Shown one piece after another: positions 56,410 to 64,000 of a stretch of 64,000 nucleotides of DNA. The notes beneath the pieces were generated by a model that worked only from the letters and a program-made list of their open reading frames with translations, was not told the origin of the DNA and made no database searches. The DNA comes from Alloacidobacterium sp. (GTDB taxonomy: Bacteria > Acidobacteriota > Terriglobia > Terriglobales > Acidobacteriaceae): the NCBI RefSeq assembly GCF_035631355.1, contig NZ_DASQIX010000001.1, positions 17,011 through 81,010 on the forward strand, read 5' to 3'. The translations under genes and the position numbers were made by a program. Within the stretch, counting starts at the first letter, position 1; each line of letters opens with the position of its first letter.

Positions 56410-56828
56410 TCGCCTGTTGCTCCGTCGGCGTATTCGATGGTGAATTCGATGGCAGCGCTTTTCTCCAGCATTCTTGAGACGGAACAGTATTTGTTCTTTG
56501 AGAGCGAGACGGCATCTTCCGCTGCCTTTTTCGAAACTTTTCCGCTGATGCGATAGGTGAGGCGGATATGTGTAAATGTGCGCGGAGGAGCGGGGGCTTG
56601 CTGTGCTTCAGCCGAGACGATGAGGCTGGTGAGGGGCTCGCGCTTTTTCTGCAAAATGCTGACGACATCGACCGAAGTGCAGGCGCAGAGCGCGGTCAGC
56701 ACGACTTCCATGGGGCTGGGGCCGGTAGTGTGTGCGCTGTCCGCGTCAATAGGGATGGTGTGGCCAACCTCAGTGCGTCCTATGTACTGCGTTCCTTCTT
56801 TCCATTCCGCGCTTGCGATCATGCTCAT
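56406..56828 (-). CDS. OsmC family protein
   Basis: GPSPMEVVLTALCACT, KYCSV. Confidence 0.88.
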   Translation of the reverse strand: MSMIASAEWKEGTQYIGRTEVGHTIPIDADSAHTTGPSPMEVVLTALCACTSVDVVSILQKKREPLTSLIVSAEAQQAPAPPRTFTHIRLTYRISGKVSKKAAEDAVSLSKNKYCSVSRMLEKSAAIEFTIEYADGATGE

Positions 56829-56833
56829 TCCTT

Positions 56834-58267
56834 TTAGTGGTGACGATTATCACTGGCCGGTTCGGGATGGACCAGCACACGATGGACTTCGGGGCATTCC
56901 ATTTTGAAGTGGTCTTCGAGCGCGCTGATGACTTCGTGTACGCGCTGCATCTCCATTGCATCCGGCAGCGTGCAATGGCAGGAGACCTGAACCTTCTCTC
57001 CCATGCGGGTGACCACAACTTCGTGAATGTCGATGATCTCGGGTAACAGCGACGCTGCGTGACGCAGATGCTCTTCGATGACGCGGTCTTTGGCGACCCG
57101 CTGCGGATGCTCGATGGTCGCCGGCTCGCTTTCGATATGGGTGAGCACGGATTCCACCTGTGGCAGCTCTTCGCGGATTTCGTCTTCAATGCGCTTGACG
57201 AAGCTATGGGCTTCGACCAGCGGCATTTTTTCGCAAACTTCAATATGTTGCTCAACATGTAGCTTGCCGTTAATGGACTGGATGCTGACATCGTGCAGGA
57301 CGATATTGTTGCGGGCGGCCACAGCGCGCACCTTGTCGAAGACGCTTTCCGCGACTCCGGGCCGTGGCACGGTATGGATCACGACGTCTGCATTGGGCAA
57401 AATGCGCTGCACGGCTGCGGTCGCGTCTTTCACCAGATCCTCGGTGTGCTGGAAGGTCATCTGGCGCGAAAGCGAGAGGGTGATATCGGCGAAGTACGAA
57501 TTGCCGGAGCGCCTCATGCGCGCCTGGTCGACGGACAGAACGCCCGGAGTATGACGAACTTCATTCAGGACACGGCGTCGCATTTCGATGGGCACCGCAT
57601 CTACAAGAGCGCCGACTGTGCGATAGCCGAGTTTTCCGCCGAAATAGAGAATCATGAGAGAAACGCAGATGGCGGCGAAGGGATCGGCGAGGCGCAACCA
57701 TGGGACGTGCAGATTCGCTCCAAGCCAGGATGCGCATAGACCGATAAAGACGGCGACGGTAGACCAGATGTCCGAGGCGAAGTGCAGCGCATCGGCTTCA
57801 AGCGCCTGGCTGCTGTATTTGTTGGCCACGGCCATGAGCTGACGCGAACGCCAATAATCGACGGCCATGGAAAGCGCAAGCACGAGCAGCGGCCAGAAGG
57901 AATAGCGAATTGCGACTGAGTGGAAGAAGATGCGACTGATCGCTTCGTAGGTGATCCAAATGCTCGAGGCCAGCATGAGGAATGTCTCGACGAAGGCAGA
58001 GACGTTTTCGATTTTGCCGTGGCCGTAAGGATGGTTCTCGTCGGCAGGTTTGTCTGAGACACGGACAGAGAGGAATGTCAGCCCTGCGCCAGCGAGATCA
58101 ATGCCTGAGTGCGCTCCGTCAGAGAGCATGCCGAGGCTGCCGGTGAGGAAGCCGGTGAGGAGCTTCAGCGCCGTCATGACGCCGGCCGCCAGAACGGACA
58201 CCAGGGCCACGGAGCGCTTCTCTGTGCGGGCGCGAGTGAGATTTGCGGCTGTGGTTGCCTGTGGCAT
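56834..58267 (-). CDS. Cation diffusion facilitator with three C-terminal dimerisation domains
   Basis: HSGID and HFASD metal-site motifs, HPYGHGKIE, three ZT_dimer-like repeats. Confidence 0.88.
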   Translation of the reverse strand: MPQATTAANLTRARTEKRSVALVSVLAAGVMTALKLLTGFLTGSLGMLSDGAHSGIDLAGAGLTFLSVRVSDKPADENHPYGHGKIENVSAFVETFLMLASSIWITYEAISRIFFHSVAIRYSFWPLLVLALSMAVDYWRSRQLMAVANKYSSQALEADALHFASDIWSTVAVFIGLCASWLGANLHVPWLRLADPFAAICVSLMILYFGGKLGYRTVGALVDAVPIEMRRRVLNEVRHTPGVLSVDQARMRRSGNSYFADITLSLSRQMTFQHTEDLVKDATAAVQRILPNADVVIHTVPRPGVAESVFDKVRAVAARNNIVLHDVSIQSINGKLHVEQHIEVCEKMPLVEAHSFVKRIEDEIREELPQVESVLTHIESEPATIEHPQRVAKDRVIEEHLRHAASLLPEIIDIHEVVVTRMGEKVQVSCHCTLPDAMEMQRVHEVISALEDHFKMECPEVHRVLVHPEPASDNRHH

Positions 58268-58282
58268 GGCGAACTGGCTTAT

Positions 58283-59023
58283 CTAGGGTTTCACACCGCG
58301 GTAGAGCCCGGCAATGCCGAAGCTATAGGACTGCCATAAGACTTCGCTGAATCCGGCACCGCGCATCTCTTGCAGCATTTCGGCGGGCGGAGGGAATTTG
58401 TGCACAGACGCGGGAAGGTAAGCATACGGTCCTGAGATGCCGGAAATGCGCGAGCCGACTGCCGGAAGGATTCGGCGGAAATAAAAGGCGTAGAGCTTGC
58501 CAAGCAGGCCGCCGGGCTCGCTGAAGTCAAGAATGCCGAACTGGCCACCGGGCCGCAGCACGCGGTGGAATTCTTCAAGCCCGGCCCGATAGTTCGACAG
58601 GTTGCGGAAACCAAAGGCGGTGGTGATGAGATCGATGGAATCGTTAGCTAGCGGTAGTTGGAGGGCGTCGGCTTCAATGGCGACGATGTTGCATCCGGCG
58701 AATTTGGCGTTGCCGCGGACCAGCATTTGATGAGAGAAGTCGGCGGCTAGAATGGGCTTGCTGTTTGTGGGCCGATGGCGCGCGAGCGCCATTGTCATAT
58801 CGCCGGTGCCGCAACAGATATCGAGAATAGTGGCATCAGGACGGGCTAGGATGTCGTGGAATTTGCGCGCGGTACGCCGCCACCACAAGCGGTCCACGTT
58901 CATAGAAAGAACGTGATTCAGGAGGTCATAGCGCGGGGCGATGCTGTCGAACATTTCGCGCACAGCCCGCGCAGCGCTTTGCTCATCTGAGGTTCCAGCA
59001 GGTTGTGCGCCCTGAGTCTGCAT
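58283..59023 (-). CDS. ubiE: UbiE/MenG quinone methyltransferase
   Basis: MFDSIAPRYDLLNHVLS, LDICCGTGD, FGFRN, LRPGG..ILDF, YAYLPASV. Confidence 0.9.
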   Translation of the reverse strand: MQTQGAQPAGTSDEQSAARAVREMFDSIAPRYDLLNHVLSMNVDRLWWRRTARKFHDILARPDATILDICCGTGDMTMALARHRPTNSKPILAADFSHQMLVRGNAKFAGCNIVAIEADALQLPLANDSIDLITTAFGFRNLSNYRAGLEEFHRVLRPGGQFGILDFSEPGGLLGKLYAFYFRRILPAVGSRISGISGPYAYLPASVHKFPPPAEMLQEMRGAGFSEVLWQSYSFGIAGLYRGVKP

Positions 59024-60108
59024 TACGATTTCCGGACTTTAGCGAGCATCCAGTCGATGGCGGCGGTCAGTTCCGCATCCGTTACATCTTCTACAACGGA
59101 TGCGTTGCCGATGCTATTGGGCAACACGAAGCGTCGCTTGCCCTCGCGATTTTTCTTGTCGTGCGATGTGGCTTCGAGCAGCTTTGCGGTGGTGGTGTTG
59201 AAGACGGGGAGTGGACCGTAGGAGAAGATCGCGCATTCGACCCGGTCTGCCTGAGCGGGCGAGATGGTCCCTCGCGTGCGTCCGAGGTGCAGGGCAGCAA
59301 TCATGCCCCAGGCGATGGCTTCTCCATGCAGCAGCTTGCGGTAATGCGTGGCTGCTTCAATGGCGTGGCCAATCGTGTGGCCGAAGTTCAGGATCATGCG
59401 CAGGCCGGATTCGCGCTCGTCGATTCCGACGACGTTGGCCTTCATGCGGATCGAGGCTGCAATGACGTATTCGAGCGCTTTGCCTTCGCGCTTGAGAATG
59501 GCCGCAACATTTTGCTCCATAAAGCGGAAGAGCCGAGCGTCGCGGATCACGCCAGCCTTGATGCTCTCGAAGAGTCCGGCGCGCAGCTCGCGGGTTGAGA
59601 GTGTTTGCAGCAGATCGATGTCGGCGTAAACGGCGAGCGGATGATGGAAGCTGCCGATGAGATTCTTGCCGACTGCGAGATTAGCTCCGGTCTTGCCCCC
59701 GACGGATGAATCCACTTGCGCGAGCAGCGTTGATGGCATCTGGATGTAGTCGATACCGCGCATGTAGATAGCGGCAAGGAAGCCACCCATATCGCCGATA
59801 ATGCCGCCACCAAAAGCGACCAACAATGAGCTACGGTCAGCGCCTGCGGAGGCCAGTTCAGAGGCCAGACGCTCTACGTGGATCAGCCTCTTGTGCTGTT
59901 CACCGGCGGGCAGGAAGAGGACGGAGGGCTGGATATCTTTTGGAAAAGAAGCCAAAAAACGTTTTGACCACAAGGCCCAAATCTCCGGCGAGGTAAGGAC
60001 GAAGACATGATTTCTTTTTGGCAGTCGGCGGTAGAGAGTCGGCAAGATGCCACTGCCGACCAGCACGGGATATTTGGCTGACGCTGTTTTGACTTGAATC
60101 GCAGGCAC
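59023..60108 (-). CDS. aroB: 3-dehydroquinate synthase
   Basis: [52 protein letters not shown] start at 60108. Confidence 0.96.
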   Translation of the reverse strand: MPAIQVKTASAKYPVLVGSGILPTLYRRLPKRNHVFVLTSPEIWALWSKRFLASFPKDIQPSVLFLPAGEQHKRLIHVERLASELASAGADRSSLLVAFGGGIIGDMGGFLAAIYMRGIDYIQMPSTLLAQVDSSVGGKTGANLAVGKNLIGSFHHPLAVYADIDLLQTLSTRELRAGLFESIKAGVIRDARLFRFMEQNVAAILKREGKALEYVIAASIRMKANVVGIDERESGLRMILNFGHTIGHAIEAATHYRKLLHGEAIAWGMIAALHLGRTRGTISPAQADRVECAIFSYGPLPVFNTTTAKLLEATSHDKKNREGKRRFVLPNSIGNASVVEDVTDAELTAAIDWMLAKVRKS

Positions 60109-60189
60109 GTTCTTCTCATCGTATCGCAGGCGTGTGCGCTGCATCTTCGAGGCGTGACGGTGAGTCTAAGAATGTTAGCCTCAAATTTT

Positions 60190-61764
60190 ATGGAAATTTC
60201 TCGTGAAGCTGATTATGTGATCGTTGGCGCGGGTATCGCTGGACTGCGGGCTGCGATTGCATTGCCTGATACAGCCCGGGTCCTCGTCATCACAAAAGAG
60301 CAACTGCGCGAATCGAACACGAGCTATGCGCAGGGCGGCATTGCCGTTGCTATGGGTGGCGAAGAAGATGTGTCTGAGCACCTGGAAGACACGGTGAACG
60401 CCGGCGATGGCCTGGTGAATCGCGAAGCGGCAAAGGTGCTGGTGGAAGAGGGTCCACTGCGTGTTGACGAGCTTTTGCAATGGGGCACGGGGTTCGATCG
60501 ACATAACGGCAGATTGATGCTCACGCGCGAGGGAGCGCACAGCCGCAATCGCATTCTGCATGCGAATGGGGATGCGACCGGAGCGGAGATTGGGCGCTCG
60601 TTGCTGGCGCATGCGCGCGCGATGAAAAATGTCAGCCTGCTCGAATGGGCGATGTGCGTTGATCTGCTGGTGGAGGGGGGCGAGGTCGTCGGCCTGACTG
60701 TACTCGACCATGATGGGCAACTGCACGCGATTCGCGCGCGTGCTGTGTTGCTGGCGAGCGGCGGGGCGGGGCAGGTGTATAGCGATACGACGAACCCTGC
60801 GGTGGCCACGGGTGATGGTATTGCCATGGCGTATCGTGCCGGGGCTGATATTTCGGACATGGAGTTCTATCAGTTTCATCCTACGGCGCTGAGCCTGCCC
60901 GGCGTGCCGCGATTTCTGCTGTCGGAAGCGCTGCGCGGCGAGGGCGCTTATCTGCGAAATTCGCGCGGCGAGCGATTCATGGAACGCTACCATCGTCTGG
61001 AAGAGCTTGCGCCACGCGATGTTGTGGCTCGCGCGATTACACGCGAAGGCATTGGTAAAAACGGGGAGGAGTTGCCCGTTTATCTGGATATGCGACATGT
61101 GCAGGGTGTCGATTTGGGGAAGAGGTTTCCGAGTATCTCCGCATTTTTGGCACAACATGGTCTGGACCTGAGCCGCGATCCGATTCCGGTTCGTCCGGCA
61201 GCGCACTATCTTATGGGAGGCGTTAAGGCGGATGTGAACGGACGGACCTCGCTGAAGCGTCTTTATGCCGCAGGCGAAGCGGCTTGCACCGGAGTTCATG
61301 GAGCCAATCGTCTCGCCAGCAATTCTCTGCTTGAAGGACTGGTTTTTGGCGCACGCGCGGCGGAGGCTATGCGCGATGAACCAGAGCTTACGGCTGCAAG
61401 CGAGATTCCTGCGGATGATTCGCAGTCATCATCTCGGGTTGAGAATGTCGATCGTCTTCTACAGCAATTGCAGCAGGTGATGTGGCAGAAGGCCGGATTG
61501 TTGCGCGACGCTTCCGGCTTGCAGCAAGCTGAAGTGGAACTCAAGCAGATGTGTGTGCAGATTCCGGCCATTGCAGATCGTCCGTCGCTCGAATTACGGA
61601 ATTTGCATGCGGTTGGCGAGTTGATTGTTTGTTCTGCACTCGCGCGCGAAGAGAGTCGGGGTGCGCACTATCGCAATGATTTCCCGCAACGGGATGACTG
61701 GCGGTTTCTAAAACATTCTGTGGTGAACAGAGATCAGAGTCGGGTTCGCTTTGAAGCGGATTAG
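60190..61764 (+). CDS. nadB: L-aspartate oxidase
   Basis: GAGIAGL, YAQGGIA, REGAHSRNRILH..DATG, QFHPT, SEALRGEG, HYLMGG, HGANRLASNSLLE. Confidence 0.96.
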   Translation: MEISREADYVIVGAGIAGLRAAIALPDTARVLVITKEQLRESNTSYAQGGIAVAMGGEEDVSEHLEDTVNAGDGLVNREAAKVLVEEGPLRVDELLQWGTGFDRHNGRLMLTREGAHSRNRILHANGDATGAEIGRSLLAHARAMKNVSLLEWAMCVDLLVEGGEVVGLTVLDHDGQLHAIRARAVLLASGGAGQVYSDTTNPAVATGDGIAMAYRAGADISDMEFYQFHPTALSLPGVPRFLLSEALRGEGAYLRNSRGERFMERYHRLEELAPRDVVARAITREGIGKNGEELPVYLDMRHVQGVDLGKRFPSISAFLAQHGLDLSRDPIPVRPAAHYLMGGVKADVNGRTSLKRLYAAGEAACTGVHGANRLASNSLLEGLVFGARAAEAMRDEPELTAASEIPADDSQSSSRVENVDRLLQQLQQVMWQKAGLLRDASGLQQAEVELKQMCVQIPAIADRPSLELRNLHAVGELIVCSALAREESRGAHYRNDFPQRDDWRFLKHSVVNRDQSRVRFEAD

Positions 61765-61860
61765 AGCAATTTATCGTGTAGGTACAGATAGTATGGCGCC
61801 TGCCAGAGCCACACCTCGCAATTGAAGAAGGCAAACAGTTAGACGTAGAATCGCCATTGC

Positions 61861-62622
61861 ATGAGTGCCATTAAATCATTTGCAAAGCGCAGGTTCCATA
61901 GCTTTGGCTATGATGTGCGACGTTTTTACCCGCTGCAATGCGAGGCATTCCGCCTCGGAAGGATGCTTGAGACCCATGAGGTAAATCTGGTCTTCGACGT
62001 TGGCGCGAACATCGGACAATTCGCCCAATCACTGCGCAAACTTGGCTATCGTGGGCGGATTGTCTCATTCGAGGCACAGAGCGAGGCCAGAGACCAACTG
62101 TTGCATGTGGCGAGTCTCGATCCACTGTGGGAAGTCGCGCCAAAGGCGGCAATCGGAGCGGAAGATGGCGAGATCGAGTTGCACCTGGCGGGCAACTCGA
62201 TCAGCACTTCCGTCTTACCGATGCTCGATTCTCATCTGAGGCTCGGACCTGATTCCAAGTATGTTCGCACCGAGCGCGTACCTCTACGTCGGTTAGATAC
62301 GATTGGGACCGGCTATCTCCAGCCCGACTCGAACCTTTTCATCAAGGCAGATGTGCAGGGATACGAGGGCGAAGTGCTGAAAGGTGCGACGGGTCTGTGG
62401 AGCAGGGTGGTCGGTCTGCACTTGGAAATGCTGTTTGTCCCCCTCTATGCGGGCCAATCCAGTTACAAAGAATTGATTTGTGATTTGAATACTCTCGGGT
62501 TTGAGTTATGGGATCTCAGGTCAGTACTGGTCGATCAGCAGACCGGAAGGATGTTGTGGGCGGATGCCGTGTTTTTCCCTGGAGTGGAAGTTAAGGAGGG
62601 CGCCCGTGCAGTGCTCCGCTAG
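61861..62622 (+). CDS. FkbM family methyltransferase
   Basis: VFDVGANIGQF, SFE, RRLD, IKADVQGYE. Confidence 0.88.
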   Translation: MSAIKSFAKRRFHSFGYDVRRFYPLQCEAFRLGRMLETHEVNLVFDVGANIGQFAQSLRKLGYRGRIVSFEAQSEARDQLLHVASLDPLWEVAPKAAIGAEDGEIELHLAGNSISTSVLPMLDSHLRLGPDSKYVRTERVPLRRLDTIGTGYLQPDSNLFIKADVQGYEGEVLKGATGLWSRVVGLHLEMLFVPLYAGQSSYKELICDLNTLGFELWDLRSVLVDQQTGRMLWADAVFFPGVEVKEGARAVLR

Positions 62623-62943
62623 AACTTGATGTTGGATGAAGCCGGTTCCCCGCAGTGACGATTCGAATCTAGTGAATTGCGGAATGCTCAGTATCCGAGC
62701 CCATCGCCCATTCTTCGAGTCCTCAATGCGAATTAGTCTCTAGGAGCAACAGCCCGATTGGGGTTCCTGCAAAGACCTATGGCATGGTTGAGCAGCTTCG
62801 GACAATTCATTGCCTTGATTTTCACTCAAACGGGCCAGGTCTTTGCGCGGTTGTGGACGTATTACCGGCGAGCTGGAAGTGATATCTTGTGCGGGCAAAC
62901 CCCATGTCGATTCATGGATTGGTTCTAATACGTGGAAGACCCC

Positions 62944-63115
62944 CTAAATCTGGCGCTTCTCGGGGATGAGTTTGCTGGCGATGGCGAAGATCTGCAGCGT
63001 GATCAGGATCACGGCCAGCGATATGGTGACAGGAACCTCAATCCAATGCGCGAGCAGCATTTTTAAGGCTACGAAGGCAAGAATCGCGGCCAGTTCATAG
63101 TGCAGCATGTCAATG
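62944..63115 (-). pseudogene. C-terminal remnant of a TerC/Alx family membrane protein
   Basis: LHYELAAILAFVALKMLLAHWIEVPVTISLAVI resembles the TerC C-terminal helices; no recognisable N-terminal part upstream. Confidence 0.6.
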
Positions 63116-63299
63116 AGCGCATAGGTCTGTCTCGCCATCCGACTGGAGTTAAGAACCACTGGCAAGGATTAACTCTGGTCAAACGATTCTCGGGAGCAGA
63201 GATCCGCGGAGTCAAAAGTTACGCAAGATCCAGGCATTGTTGTCAGTAAACTGCCAGCTACGATTGAATTCCTCGCCGATGTGTTTACCGACGTTCCTG

Positions 63300-64000
63300 C
63301 TATTTCTGTTCCAGAGTGAGGGCGTAGAGGTCGGTGGTTGAGGCGTCGCGAAGTAACAGGGGCGCGTCGGTGTGATCCAGCCCAAACCATAAGCCGAATG
63401 TTCCGGTAAACCGAAATCCTTTCAATCCGACGACTCCCTTCGCCTCCCCACCCGTCGCCGGAATGCGAAGGATGCCAGAATCGTCCGTATATCTGAGGAA
63501 GTAAATAAACTGGCCATCACCTGACCACCTTGGATAAACGAGGATGCCTTTGTACACAGTCGACCAGTGCTGGGTTTTCGTCTCGAAGACACACAGCGAC
63601 GAAAGGTCGAGTGATGCAGCTAGGATGGATTGTCCGTCAGGAGACCAGGCAGGCGCGAACTTGCCAGGCGAGCCCGACAGGGTTGTGATCTGATGGCTGC
63701 CGAGGTCGAGGACGCGTATGTCGCTCCCTTTAATGCGGTCATAAAAACTGCCCGTCGAAAAAATGATCTTGCGCCCATCCGGGGACCAGCTCGGAAAAGT
63801 CTCCTGCCCGCTGTCCTCGGGGAGAAGCCGTTGCGGACTACCACCGCTGGAGGGAACGATCCAGGCATGCCAACCTTGTGGAGACGGCGCCATGAAGATG
63901 ATCTGAGTGCCGTCTGGTGACCAGGCGGGCGCTGCGGGCTCCAATGGTGGACTGGTCAATTGAACGCGGTCACTTCCATCAGGGTTGGCTCTCCATAGGA
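63300..64000 (-). CDS. C-terminal TolB/PD40 beta-propeller of a larger protein (5' part outside the window)
   Basis: Repeated P.WSPDG motifs; the frame is open to the window edge (LWRANPDGSDRVQLT). Confidence 0.8.
   Translation of the reverse strand, partial: LWRANPDGSDRVQLTSPPLEPAAPAWSPDGTQIIFMAPSPQGWHAWIVPSSGGSPQRLLPEDSGQETFPSWSPDGRKIIFSTGSFYDRIKGSDIRVLDLGSHQITTLSGSPGKFAPAWSPDGQSILAASLDLSSLCVFETKTQHWSTVYKGILVYPRWSGDGQFIYFLRYTDDSGILRIPATGGEAKGVVGLKGFRFTGTFGLWFGLDHTDAPLLLRDASTTDLYALTLEQK

Overview
64-kb bacterial chromosomal segment, most likely from an Acidobacteriota (Terriglobia/Acidobacteriaceae-type) genome. This is an inference from the protein sequences, gene order and the intergenic repeat families. 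The core contains rplM-rpsI-rpsB-tsf, msrA, etfB/etfA, kdsC, trpS-scpA-pit-scpB-rluB, trpD, sucCD, an S41 protease, surA-like-yhaM-EVE-aroC-def-fmt-rsmB, aroB-ubiE-CDF-OsmC-PASTA and nadB, plus two large secreted glycosidases (GH31, GH106-like). Accessory patches lie at about 1-10.2 kb, 15.7-20.5 kb, 27.2-27.7 kb and 61.8-64 kb. The most unusual locus is a two-gene unit at 5039-8603. It encodes a beta-helix fibre protein with a phage-type autocleaving chaperone domain, followed by an 813-aa protein combining a six-hairpin-glycosidase-like barrel, a 65-residue hydrophobic insertion and a LecA/PA-IL-like lectin domain. Neither protein has a visible signal peptide. Other items: a frameshifted gene with a possible NAD-glycohydrolase-toxin-like motif, a carotenoid-oxygenase gene with an internal deletion, an ASCH-Phd-VapC module, two unannotated small ORFs, several REP-like palindrome families (one translated inside scpA), heptamer repeats in trpS and trpD, and many promoters that imply leaderless mRNAs. 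I found no rRNA, tRNA, CRISPR array or intact transposase. All family assignments come from motif recognition by eye, not from database searches.
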